NCBI GenBank assembly: GCA_043228905.1
Contig: JBHGNT010000016.1
Coordinates: forward strand, 7,998,001 to 8,062,000
From: Azolla caroliniana
Lineage: Eukaryota > Plantae > Polypodiophyta
DNA: 64,000 nt
Direction of reading: 5' to 3'
Part shown: piece by piece, positions 1 to 12,949 of the stretch
Layout: every line of letters starts with the position of its first letter
Numbering within the stretch: the first letter of the stretch is position 1
Notes under the pieces: model-generated
The model's input: the letters and a program-made list of their open reading frames with translations, nothing else
What the model was told of the DNA's origin: nothing
Database searches by the model: none
Program-made: the position numbers and the translations under genes

Positions 1-3000
1 AATTGTCGAAAACATACCGTACCAACTTTGAAAATGATCAAACTACAAAGTTGGTAGTGTGACCTTATACACCCTGGACAATTGAGAGAACATTATCCTT
101 GCCCCTCTTAAATTAGAAAACATATTCTTTTGGTCGTGTGCTGAAGTTTGTAAAAACTTTATCCAATCCGCAACTGTACGGGCTGGCCCACTTTCCATTG
201 CCGCCCAAGATAACCTCGGTCATAGACCCAAAACACATGCAACTTCGTCAGTAAATAAAGGATTCCATATCAAAGGTTGACGCATAAATTGTTGATAATT
301 TTTCGGTGGCAAGAAAACAAGTGCTTGACGAAAACTTTCCCTTGCCCGAAAAATTCCGCCAAAGAAACATAATGATCCAACATTGGACTTAGGTAATGGA
401 AAATCTGAATTAAAAAACCACCTAAGACTATCATGCCATTGCCCACCTACTAAGGGCTTGACCTTATGTAAGTGCCGAATCCATAGCTTTTTCCATAACT
501 CCTCTCCTGGCAATAAACTCCTAACAACATGTTTAGCAATTAAGGCTTTACTTTGCATAAAAGGATCAATCAAACCTAGACCTCCTTTCTGTTTAGATTG
601 TATAGGAACCAACCAAGCTACCTTTGCTACAGAATTGTCTGCAATAGTGTTCCTCCAAATGAAATTATGTACTAGATGTTGAACTTTAAGCATTATTGAC
701 CTAGAAAACAGCCAGGTAGAAGTTATATACCAAATCGAAGAGAAGAGCATTGAGTTAGCTACAACTACACGTCCTGCTAAGGATAACTTCTCCTTGTTCC
801 AATATATTAACTTGTTCCTTAATCTTAACAATATGGGTGCAATCATATCCTCTACATTTAATCCCAAACCCACTCTACAACCTAAATATCGAATGGATTG
901 ACCTTGAGGTATCCATGTAAATCCTGAGGTAGGTACATTAAATGGCCAATGTCCCGAAGCGACCCAAAAACCTGATGATTTATCCCAATTTATCAATGCT
1001 CTAGATGCATGTGAGAAATCATCCACAACTTTTTGTACCTGTAACAAATTAACTTGTGAGGCAACAACATATAGACCTGTATCATCAACAAACTCACTAT
1101 TCATGCCAACATTTTCCACGGATAGTGCTAAACCTTTAATATTTACATCTTGAGAATTTAAATGTACAGAAAATGCTTCAGATACTAATAAAAACAGGAA
1201 GGGAGCAAGTGGACATCCCTATTGCACGGATCTTGAAATAGAAAACCGCCTACCAATATCCCCTGCAAATAAAAGAGACCTATGTGCGTTACGATATAAT
1301 GTTGACATTCCTCGTATCCATGTGTTGGGAAAACCCATCCTAAGTAGTGTTCCCTCCATAAAATCCCAGTCCACTCTATCATAAGCTTTTTCGAAATCAA
1401 GAAATAACACTGCTAGATCTTGCTTAAGTAATTCAACAAATGCCACCATTTCCTAAAAAAGAATAATATTATAAAAAATACTTTGCTCTTTCATAAAACT
1501 GGTTTGGGAGTCATGAATTAGCTCCGAAAGATAAGGTTGTAACCTTCTAGCTATTGTTTTTGCTAATATCTTATAAATAACATTCAGCAAAGTAATTGGT
1601 CTCCAATTATGAAGTTCTTCTATCTGTCCATTTGTTTTAGGAATCATATAGATTAACCCCTCATTCCATTCTTGTGGCATATTTCCTTAGTCTAAAATTT
1701 GTTGATAAGCTTTGGTAAGGCCATCACCTATCAAATCCCAATATTGTATATACCATTGGACTCCCATCGCATCCAATCTAGGACAAACATCCTTTGCAAG
1801 GGCTTTTACTACTTTAAGAATCTCTTGAGAACTTAAAGGTTGCAGAAGACATTCTGAAATTTGTACTAACACCCTCTTATGAATCCTTGACCATATGATG
1901 TCCCTTTTAACTAAATCATCCCCAGAAAAGGATCTAGCTTTCAATAAAGTCTCATAATAATTAGAGGCTATTTGACGCATCTGATTAGGATCAGTGGTAT
2001 AAGAACCATTAGGACATTTTAACCGAGAAATCCTAACAGTCGACTTATGATGATTATGCATTGCTTATGCACTGCAAAGAACACTTTATTGACTTTATCT
2101 CCCGATTCTGCCCATGTAGATGATATATTATGATAATTAAAATCAGCGGAAATCTTTTCTAATTCCAATATCTGATTCCCTAGTAGTACCACTCGAGAAC
2201 TTATATAACTCGAATATGGTCTTTTTTCTTGCTGATGTTGCAAGGACCTCAATCCCCTACGACGTCTTCCTATTTTAGTAAAAGACGCATAAAATATTTG
2301 TTTAGACTTATAATGGAAAAATTGTTGAATTTCACCAATAGCCTTCTGAACACTAGCTAGTGCATAATAATAAGAATAGTCATATTTATTCCAAATATTA
2401 TATACAGTAGGAGCACAATCTTGGCTAAGAAACACATGATTTGGAATTCTAAACCTAGAATTTTTATAATGTTCCTGCAATACTATAACTAAACGAAGTG
2501 GTGCATGATCAAAAAAGGAAAATGAAGGTATGATTCCAATGGAACCTCCTTTGTCCCATAAAAACTTATCAGCATAAAATCTATCTAACCTAGATAAATT
2601 GGTATGTGACTCTCTTTTATTTGATCTTGAGTAAGCTAACGAATCTTGTATCCTTACAAAAGAAGGCACATGCCACAAGTCCATTAAGTCCAAAGAAAAA
2701 ATCAAACGTTTCCATTCATATAATTCTGTATCGGATAATGTTTGTGTTGTGCCTCCTAACCTATCACACACATCCTCCAACATATTAAAGTCACCCGCAA
2801 TTGCCCAATGGTCGATAGCCGGTAACTATGACATTATACTCTTCCATAATATCGCTCTATCTCTTGCATGATTCGCTGCATAGATATTTAACAAACCCCA
2901 CTTCTTCAAACCTAGTTGAAAAATTACATAATGACCTCTACCACAAGTCAAGATGCCATAATGTAAGAACGAAGCCTACCAAATATCATTTATTCCAATG

Positions 3001-3247
3001 CAAAGTCCCGCTTTCAAACTATTATCACCAGTCGCAGGCACCCAGAATTGTCTCCACTGGCCTGACAACAAGTTTCCATATTTTTGGATCCTTTGTTCAT
3101 TTAAATGATGCTCTTGAATAAGAAGAACATCAATCCTACCATCAAAGAGTTCCTTAACTGACGACGGAAGACACTCCTTACTTTACAACAATGTCTACCT
3201 CCTAAGCCCCGTACATTCCATGAAATAATATTTAAGCTATCCATCAT
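1..3247 (-). pseudogene. LINE ORF2 (APE endonuclease plus reverse transcriptase), disrupted
   Basis: Starts MMDSLNIISWNVRGLGG at 3247. Fragments 2019-2783, 1687-2061, 1453-1680, 1219-1449 and 220-1119 carry EN and RT motifs. Confidence 0.92.
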
Positions 3248-4470
3248 TCATGGTTTTCCCTCCTACTCTCTTTTCAGCAAGTGCAACATCTCTACCCTTC
3301 TGCCCATCCTCCGAAGCTCGTAATTGTCTCTTATTTGACCAAATGTCTTTCCCAATCAACTTATGTGCCCGCATTGGCACATGCTTATCTACTATAGAAA
3401 CCCTATCGGAAGACGTAGTGGCTGTAGTAAAAGCAATTATATTCCCACAATCCATGTCAACACCTGCAAGGTCTACCTTGCCCACTTCATTTTTTTTACC
3501 CTCGTTCACAACTAAGGACCTATCATCTTGTTTTAGTTTATCTAAAAGCATATGTTTATCCTTATTCCATTGATTATTAACCTTAGAAACAGATTCTACA
3601 GTTTGTACCTTCAAAAGTATGTCTTGCGAATTTTGTTCCACCTGATCTTCCTTTGTGAAGTTTGGAATGGAAAACCCCACCTCCATTTTACTAATCCTTG
3701 CATCTTTTTCCACTTCCTGCAAAGAATGATAAGGATTAGCTTCAAGAAATAACATTGGATTAACCATTGTACTAGACGGTTTAAAAACATGTTTAGCATA
3801 AACTATAGACCAACCATCGTTATTAACATCTGGTCGATTAGGTGGTTGGTCTTCAATGTACGGACGTCGCTTCTAACAATCTCGACTTGAATGACCAAAC
3901 TGACGGCACACAAAACATTGATTAGGCAGTCCTTGATAATATACCTTTTGCACAACTGGTGGGTTTACTTATAAGTAAACCACCAGTTGTGATAAGCCGA
4001 ACAGCTGGTACCCCTCCCATTCTATCTGTCCCGTGAACCTGTCCATCATGCGTGGCAATGACTTTACCTAACAAAGCCCCAATGCAAGGCAAAACATTCC
4101 TCCACTCCTTCCTCAAACCAGGAAATATCGTCGTAAAAACCATACTGGCCTGTTGATATTGCAATATGACATCTACTTTAACATTATGCAACCATTTATG
4201 AAAGGATACCCACGCACCTTCCACGCCCCCCTCCTTAATCGTTAATAGCTTGTTGACGGACTCCTCAGTCGCGAATTCCACATGATAACACCCTCGAGAC
4301 ATGAATTGAATGTCGAGAATGTTATCTGCTTCCTCTGAGAAAGCAGCGTACAAAGTATGACGGAGTTCCAATCTATTCATTCGCGAACCCTGTGCCTGCA
4401 CTACCAAAGAGAAAGCTTCCAACCGATTTACCTCACCCAAAACTATAGCTTTGTCCTCCTCTAACAACAC
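3237..4470 (-). pseudogene. LINE ORF1 (DUF4283-like region plus CX2CX4HX4C knuckle), disrupted
   Basis: ORF pieces 3922-4470 and 3237-3767. The minus strand at ~3875-3950 reads YYQGLPNQCFVCRQFGHSSRDC. Confidence 0.82.
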
Positions 4471-5809
4471 AAGGTCGACTGACTCATCACACAGATGAGG
4501 CGAAAGTTGGGGGGGTGCACCAGATTCCCCTGCTCACGTATATGGTCCAACCGCAGAAGAAGAATGGGGCTAGCCCACAGTCAATCTCCTGATCGTGCTA
4601 GGATCACCTCTCGCTGTGGTCACGTTGTTCGCACCACACGCGACTCGTTCTTTCTCTGCTTTCTGCATCGTCTCCTCGCTCTCCAATTGATAAAAATCCC
4701 TGCTCCTTTTTTAACATTAGTGAACATACCCTCAATGTAAATATTAGTGGCCTACCCTCACCAATGTTATGTGTACATAACACCTCCCAAAACCGGATGC
4801 CTAAAACAGGCTCAAGCCTCCCCTTTTATAGCACAAGGGAAGACCATTACATCATGATCGGTGTCAGAGATCCCCCCCTTTGATTTCTTCCCATCAAATC
4901 CCCGCATTCTCTCTATGCGTGTGGGGCTCTAAAGTACTCTTTAATTCCTACTACCTAGTACTTGCCAGTCCTATGATATTTACATAATGTTTGTACATAT
5001 TTCTTGGTTCGTGTGTATCAGTGCACACACTCGTTCGTGCGCACTTGGCCTCGTTTCTCTTTATGGCCGGAATCCTTCACAACACCGAGCTATTGCCACT
5101 AACTCCTAGGATAACTACCTAGTAGTTTAGGAGTGTAGACCTCCAACGGCCTACAAGTTCACACCTGGGTTCGGTCCTCCAATTCGCCTCTGGCTTACTT
5201 AGCCAATCCAGATCAAGTTGAGCTTGTCCGCTCAACACATTTGTACCTATCGATTGATGAAGCTTGGTACCCATATTCTCAAGCTTCACAAATTATCTTC
5301 CTTGGTTCAAGACCCTAATGGTCTTGCTCCCTCTTTCACACATTCTCAAAAATAAATTTCTATGACATCAACAAGCTATACAAGAAATTATAACTCCATA
5401 AAAATGCCTTTGTTCACATGGATCGGCGATTCCACGAGTATTAAGTGTTTGCAAAAAAAGCTAAAGGAATACTCACTTCTTGGTTTCCATGCAACTTTTT
5501 AGAGTATCCATGTCATACTCTTGCAAGAGGAGATCATCATGCTTCATGTCCTAGTGCAACAACCCTCCGATAGGCTTACAGGAACTCCCAACAAACAACA
5601 ATTCATCGAATCAAGGAGCATAATCAAACGACCCTTGGTTGATCAACGTAGAAGAAAGAGGACTTTTAGTTGTCTTGATTGATGAAGATGGACAATGGGC
5701 AGGAGTGTGTGTGGGAGTTAAGGAGAGCATCTCCTCTCTCCGTTCCTTGAGAGGCGAGGATCACACGGCCAAGCCTTCCATGTCTCCTCTCTTTCTTCTT
5801 TCCTAGAGA

Positions 5810-6181
5810 ATACATACTCACATACATACATACATACATACATACATACATACATACATACATACATACACACATACATACATATCTTACGTACATACAT
5901 ACATATCTTACGAACATACATACATATCATACGTACATGCATACATACATACATGTCATACGTACATGCATGCATACATACATACATATATACATACATA
6001 CATACATACATACATACATTACATACATACATTACATACATACATACACACATATCATACATACATACATACTAATACATACATATCATACATACATACA
6101 TACTGATACATACATATCATACGTACATACATACATACATACATACATACATACATACATACATACATACATACATACATA
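5810..6181. repeat. Long imperfect (CATA)n microsatellite
   Basis: About 370 bp of catacatacata with scattered interruptions, directly upstream of the SDR gene. Confidence 0.97.
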
Positions 6182-6352
6182 ATGTTCTGTTTTTGGGGTG
6201 TACACGCGCACGAGTGTGTTGCTCTGTTTCAGAGAGATTCTTTGTATTGGGGAGACTGCTTTTTTGGGGTAGAATGTCTCCGAATTTCGTTACTGACGAG
6301 GAATCTGAAGCAGAAGAAGCAGAAGCAGAAGCAGAAGCAGAAGCAGAAGCAG

Positions 6353-7927
6353 ATGGAGATGGAGATGGAGATGAAGGGGTTAAAGGGGAAGGTGGCGATG
6401 GTCAGTGGGGCGTCCTCTGGCCTGGGCAGACACTTCTGCCTCAGCCTCGCCTCCCACGGATGCCATGTCGTAGCCGCTGCACGCAGAACAAACCTCCTCA
6501 GAGACCTCCTGCAACAACTAGAACAACCAAAACTAGAAGAAGAACAAGAAGAAGCAGATAGGCCTTACCATGCCCTGATCGAGCTCGATGTGAGCGTTGC
6601 AGAGGAGTCGCTCCTCGATGCGGCAGTCCAAAATGCTTGGGATGCCTTTGGACGGATCGATGTCCTTATCAACAATGCCGGCCTAAGAGGTAGGTAACTA
6701 CTGTCTCTGCCTGCTGCTTTTCTTCTTCTTCTTCTTCTTCTTCTTCTTCTTTTTTGTGTGTTTTACCACAATTATTATTGCCACTTTTTTTCTCTTCATC
6801 ATATACATGTATGTATATGTATGATGAAGAGAAAAAAGGTATTACATGTATATATGTACACATACCTGGAATATGATAAGGTTTGGGGGTGTTTTGTGTA
6901 ACGGATGGATATGTAAGATCAAGAGCTCGGGAAGATTCAAAGTGTCTTCCTAACTTATCCATGACATGGGGTACGGCCCAAAATCTCAATAAGTAATCAT
7001 ATGGGTGTGCGCCTGATTCATACTCCCCAATCATATGGAAGAAGGACATAAGGATATTGGATTGGCCGTAGGTTCAAGAAGAGAGTATGCCGTAGAAATC
7101 CTAAAGAAAGATCTTCTGGAACACCATGGTTGCTTGATTCTTATCCCCGTAAACTTTTTAATAGCATACGTGGAACTGAACTTCTCCTTCCCCATCATCA
7201 GTGCAAATTAGTATATGAACCTAAGACGCGAAAATGATGATCGTCTCACGTGTGCTTTCCTCAGGTGAGGTGAAGTTGTCGCTTGACTTGGATGGGGATG
7301 AATGGAACAAAGTAATGAACACAAATTTGCGAGGGTTGTGGTTAATGAGCAAAGCAGTAGGCAAGCGCATGCGTTCAGCAAACATAGCTGGATCGATCAT
7401 CAATATATCATCGACATCAAGCCTCGAGCGTGGTCTTTTGGTGGGGAATTCTGCCTATGCTGCTTCCAAGGCAGCCGTGAATCAACTGACAAAGGTGTGT
7501 GCATATAGCAATATCTTCCCCTTTTTTATCATATGAAACCAAGACTGTTCTGCGTTTATTTACGAAATGGAATCAAGACTTTGTGTGTTAGCTGAGATTG
7601 ATAAGGCATTGTCATTTGCAAAAACACACATCTATGTTTATTGTGTAGGTAATGGCAATAGAACTTGGAAAGTTCGGTATCCGTGTCAACGCGATCGCAG
7701 CTGGAATATTCCAATCTGAGATTACAGAAGAGCTGTTTGCAAAGGCTTGGATGCATAAGGTTGCACAAAAGCTGGTACCTTTACAAAGGTGGGGGCACGT
7801 AAGTCCAGATTTAACATCTTTGGTAGTGTTTCTTGCAAGTGATTCTTCGTCATACATCACAGGTAACATTTTCATAGTTGATGGTGGTTATTCAATCCCC
7901 GGTCTACCATTTTGGTCATCTCTTTGA
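6353..7927 (+). CDS. Short-chain dehydrogenase/reductase (FabG-like), probably peroxisomal; exons 6353-6689, 7265-7494, 7649-7927
   Basis: SGASSGLG nucleotide-binding motif, DVLINNAG, catalytic YAASK, IRVNAIAAG, YITGNIFIVDGG. GT-AG introns splice in frame. C-terminal SSL. The start is one of several adjacent ATGs at 6353-6371. Confidence 0.93.
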
Positions 7928-10529
7928 TGATCGAGTTAGTATCTCACCTTTCTTTTTCTAAATTGTGAATTCTTTCTGGCACCCCATATCCGACCCGACA
8001 CATGTTATGGTGCCTCTATAGGCAAAGTTGTAAAAAAAGAAAGTATCAAATATTGTGGCCATCATTTCTAAATCATTCTTGATTTGTCAAATCATTCTAG
8101 ACATATGTGGAAAAATAAAACTCTTATTTTCAGTCAATGATAAAAGGTTTCTTAAGAGTATTTAAAAAGGGTTTTTCTTTGGGACAACCTCCCCAATATC
8201 TGAAATGAAACTGCTATAATTAAGCTCACGGCACATCTCCTTTGGTAGTTATTGTACCAAATGTTTGTTTTTACATTCAGTACACTTAGAAAAAAGAGAG
8301 GATACACTTGGTTAATTCTAAATCATTTTTATTATGAAGTGCAAACTCAAGTTTTGATTGTTTGCAGTTTATTATGACATGTTGTGACTTGCATATGAAA
8401 GTGGGACACTTTGAAAGAGATTCCAAGTAATTGTTCACAAAGATAACTTGTCATTGAGCATTTATCCAAAATGCGGTAGGTGCTGTTTTTCTAATCCAAA
8501 ATGATGTTGTGAGTTGTGTGCGACACAAAGTGCATTAGATATTGATTTTGTTAGTTCATAGATTAAAAGTGCAGGAACATACTCTTCCTCAAATCTTGGA
8601 AATAATTTGCATGCAAAGAAGAGTAGGAATCCCTTTATAAAGCACGATTTAAAGTTTGTTGTTAGTTTAGGGAATTTAAGGAACATCTGGAGGTTCATAG
8701 GGCTTATTGGATGGAAATAGAGCTAAAATGTATGAGAGTTGATTGCCTTAAGCATTTGCCCATGAGTCCTAAAGCTTTGAGACATGCGTGTTGACAAAGA
8801 AAAACTCACCAAGGACCTTTTTTGTAGTCATTTCAACCTCATTTGGGATTTGGCACGGAAATTAAAAAATCCATTCTGGCGTAGTACCCATCCAATTTCA
8901 TTAAGGATTCGTGTGACAACCATAACATATTAATTTGCAAACTTTCCATGATAACAAATATAGTGTATATGTATGTAGCGCGCGCACACACACACATTTT
9001 ATAGGTTGTTGGAGGTACATTACATGATCAAACCATGAATTTAATGGATTTATGAAATTGGCATCAAGATGCATTCATTTTTACTCAACTCTAACTCTAT
9101 GGCTTCCATGATAAGACTTTGTGAGTCTACAATCAACAAAGACGTTCTTAGCAAATAGTCATTTTGCCAACATTGTCTTTCCAATGGGTTTGAAGGAGCA
9201 ATAAAAGGTCAAGCATCCCATACCATCAAACTAATATGCTCAAAAAACTATTGCAATGTGTTTTGATACAAGACACGATGTTTAGTTTTGAACAATCACA
9301 TCCTCAAGGTCACTTACCTTACATATCTATTATCGCTTAATATGTTTTGGTCCGTTGGTTAGTTAAAGTTGCTTGCTAAAACATACCAATAACGGGAGAA
9401 GGAACGCAAATTTAGCCTACTTGTCGGGGAATGCCTCAATGGTTGGTTTATTGGTTGTATGTAATTGATTCTTTTAATAATGCATTGTCACAATGGTCCT
9501 CTATTCTAGTCATTTTATTGCCAAAGGGCGGCAACGTTTCACTTGGGAAACAACTTATTTATTCATTAAAGTCAATGTTGTTATGATTATGTTTTAAGGT
9601 AGGACCAAGGTATGTTGATTGACAATGGAATTTTTGTGACTTTAGAGAAATAATTTTAATATCTCTTTGTCACTTGAGTTTTCATAAAGAAGAATAAAAG
9701 GGTCGTGTTGATAAACAATTGAATCATTGTGTCTTTTGTGAAAGGGCAATCATATCCTTATGTTACCGTTCAAGTGCGAAGATAATTTATAAAGATTGTT
9801 CTTAGTATTACGATCCTATGTTTGTAAGCAAATGGAGAAATATAGCTACTTTGCATCACCCCTCAAACTACACATTACACAAATGTCTTATAATGCACAC
9901 ACTCAAAAGAAAACTCATGTGCCGAAGACTCGATTCACAACTTTTAAGGTGCGAGGTAGAATCTTTACCAATGTATTGTTGTGTTGTGTATACTTGGTAT
10001 TGTGCTATGGTAACGACAACATGTCATGTTGTGCTTTTAGCACATAATGTTTTGTTTGCTTTGAAAATATCTGTATGTATGACAATTGGTCATTCACATC
10101 CTAATCGCCAAGTTATTTGATGACCATACTTTATAAAAGCAGGAAGCCATATTTAAACCGAAAAACATATCCCCGTGAGTAGATAATGGAATCGGATATG
10201 CTCGAAATTGAAGTGGAGGGCGATGATTCGAACTCTTGAAATGCCACATGCCATGGGAAGTGTTTTGTCACGAGAAGTTGTTGGCTGTCTTCCCATACAC
10301 GGATCCCTTAGGGATTATTCATTCAAGCAAACACGACATTGACATGCCCTGAAATTCCCGGCATCATGAGTTTTTTTTCGCAAAGAGGGTTTGTTTGTTT
10401 GTTTTTTTCCGCAGAAACATGGACGAGAGTGGCGGGAGTCGGACAAGCAAGGGCGAGGTAATACGTCATTTCGTGAGACACCTTCTCGTGGAGCGAGAAC
10501 CCAAAGAGAGAGAGATTGAGGGTGTAGGG

Positions 10530-10612
10530 TAAAACCCTAATAAACCCTAGTCTACATATATGTAAGTTATTATATAAAACCCTAATAAAACCCTAATCTA
10601 CATAAAACCCTA
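10530..10612 (+). promoter_or_regulatory. Cluster of telo-box motifs (AAACCCTA) upstream of the RRM gene
   Basis: Five AAACCCTA(A/G) copies in ~80 bp. Telo-boxes are established cis-elements of plant translation and RNA-metabolism genes. Confidence 0.6.
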
Positions 10613-10804
10613 GTCTACATATACATATACATACATATATACACACACAGACACAGATACTATATAGGGTCTCTGTTTTCTGCAGGAAAGACAGAGACAG
10701 AGACAGAGAGACGCGCAGAGAGAAGGTGAGATCGACAGGTAAAACACACACACACACACACACACACAGAGACAGACAAACAGAAGAGAAAGAGAGACTC
10801 AGCG

Positions 10805-11368
10805 ATGGCTCAGGCTTGGGGTCGACTGCTGCTGAGCAGGAGCAGAGGGCAGGTCTGTAGGTCCCACCGGAACACCATCGCCATCGTCGCCACTGTCGCC
10901 CAAATCGATCCCAACCTCATGCCCTCTCGCATGACGGCTTCCCGCTTCTTCACGGAAGGCGCGAAGCTGTTCGTGGGCGGGATCTCTTTCAACACCACCG
11001 AGGATCGCCTGCGGGATGCCTTTGCCGCCCATGGCGATGTCATGGATGCCAAGATCATCATGGATCGAGAGACAGGCAGGTCTCGGGGCTTCGGATTCAT
11101 CACCTACTACAAGGAAGAAGATGCAGACACTGCACTCTCCAAGCTCAATGGACATAACCTTGATGGGAGGACGATTCGGGTGGACAAGGCGGCCAGTCGC
11201 CCGCCACGGACCATGGGAGGAGATGGTGGTGGATATGGCGGCGGCGGCGGAGGAGGAGGCTATGGTGGTGGTGGCTTCTCAGGATTCAGTAATGACCCCG
11301 AGCCTGCTGCAGACGAAGACTGGGGTTCTTTACCATCACTTACAGTTGATCTCCCTGACAGTAAGTAA
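10805..11368 (+). CDS. Glycine-rich RNA-binding protein (single RRM) with an N-terminal organellar-type transit peptide, GR-RBP/ORRM-like
   Basis: RNP2 KLFVGGIS, RNP1 RGFGFITY, LDGRTIRVD, GGGYGGGG tail. The Arg/Ser-rich N-terminus has few acidic residues. Confidence 0.93.
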   Translation: MAQAWGRLLLSRSRGQVCRSHRNTIAIVATVAQIDPNLMPSRMTASRFFTEGAKLFVGGISFNTTEDRLRDAFAAHGDVMDAKIIMDRETGRSRGFGFITYYKEEDADTALSKLNGHNLDGRTIRVDKAASRPPRTMGGDGGGYGGGGGGGGYGGGGFSGFSNDPEPAADEDWGSLPSLTVDLPDSK

Positions 11369-11405
11369 GCCCCTGACTGATTGATTTCTCCATGTTCTGT
11401 AGCAT

Positions 11406-11436
<31 letters not shown>

Positions 11437-12433
11437 TTCACCTGTCATCCATCCGCCATCATTTGACATACATCGCACCCCATGTGATATCCATCTTCAC
11501 AGACATAAATAGTTGAATCTTTCTTGTCATTGTCATTGTCATTGCCATGCCATCGATCGATCGGAAAAAAATGTACAACTTTTGTCATCTCTGCATGATA
11601 CCATCTAATCCCAATCTATAGCTGAAAAAGATTTTCATCTGCAAATCATCAATCATTCCGACATATAGCTGATCTTCATCACCACCACCATATGATGCCA
11701 TCTGTCGTAGCCTACAGCTGGAGATTTCCTCTCTCTATCGTCGTCCACTATCTTGTGCCATCATTCTGTTTGCCATACATACCATATCCTCATCCGTCAA
11801 TCGTCAATGTCATCCTGCATTTTTATTATTGTGTCTGTCATCATCTCTACATATTTAGGACGTCATTGTTCCATTGTTTTGGCATATGCTTGCTTGCATC
11901 ATGGCTTGGTGAAGGTATAATTCTAGAGATTTCCTCCAAACCCTAGGGATTTCTTCCGATTTTTGTTACATAGAGATCATAGGATAGAGGTGACCTCAGG
12001 GTGCTCATCAACACATGCACTTCTCTCTTAGGTTTTTGCCCCCCCTTGTATGTTTCTAGTTTCGGCGATGTCTGCCTGTTAGGTTGCTTTTGCCTTCTCT
12101 ATTACCTAGAAAAACAAAACAGTGTGATGGACACATGGCTCCAATATGTAAAGGCTGGAGAATCAATGTAATTCTGGTGTGTTTCTCAAAGAATCAATAC
12201 AATTCCTGTGTTTCTCTCTTGAAGTGGCACTTTTGTTTATCTTGATTCAATACAATTCCTGTGTTTCTCTACTAAAGTGGCACTGTTGTTGATCTTTACA
12301 CTATATACTTATGCTATACGTCATCTCATCTTATGGTAATTCTGTCTAATCCATTTCACTGTGCTATAATATTCTCTGAAAACTAATGTTGGAGTATTGA
12401 AAAAACCATTGTGCATTCATCTCATTTGATTCC

Positions 12434-12471
<38 letters not shown>

Positions 12472-12949
12472 CAATTCAGACTTAATTTGGAACATGAGAA
12501 ATGATTTGTATTTATTGTATACATGTGGCATGATGGTAATTTTTCAAAATGGAGTCTACTCTTCATTAGAAATTGGATGAACCCTCTTGGGTTTGGTACC
12601 TTGTAAATATGGTGATGAAATGGAATGAAATATATAGAGATGAAATGAAGCTTCTTATTATTTCATGTACCGAGAGGCTAGTTCTATGTGTTGGGATCAT
12701 ATGATGCTGTCTCCTAACACAATCCTCATGTAGGATTGGTTGCATACATTAGTACCTTCCGATTCCCTTATAATTTGCATTTTGATTCTCTTATGTTCTG
12801 GCTGTATATGTGGGCATATCGACATGCACCCATCCTCTTTACTGAACTACTAGTGTGGGAAGATGGAAGAAAACTAGCCAGTCTGAGCTAAATATTGCAA
12901 TGTTTGAAGGAATAACCTGACTTACCTAAATGTTGCCATGTCCAGCACG

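Larger units (their letters stand above)
1..4700 (-). mobile_element. Degenerate L1-clade LINE retrotransposon; 5' end near 4.7 kb (approximate), 3' end runs off the window
   Basis: ORF1 fragments with a zinc knuckle, then ORF2 fragments with endonuclease motifs (ISWNVRGL, SRLDRFY, DHAPL) and RT motifs (WRPITLLNVIYKILAK, LDFEKAYDRVDW, FVDD, RYLG). Many stops and frameshifts. Confidence 0.93.

Noticed and set aside
4700-5660. LTR-like sequence with minus-strand CTATAAAAGGGG upstream of the LINE
   Set aside because: No termini, TSD or partner copy could be defined.
5666-6182. ORFs reading MYVCMYV.../HTYIHTYI...
   Set aside because: These are translations of the (CATA)n microsatellite, not genes.
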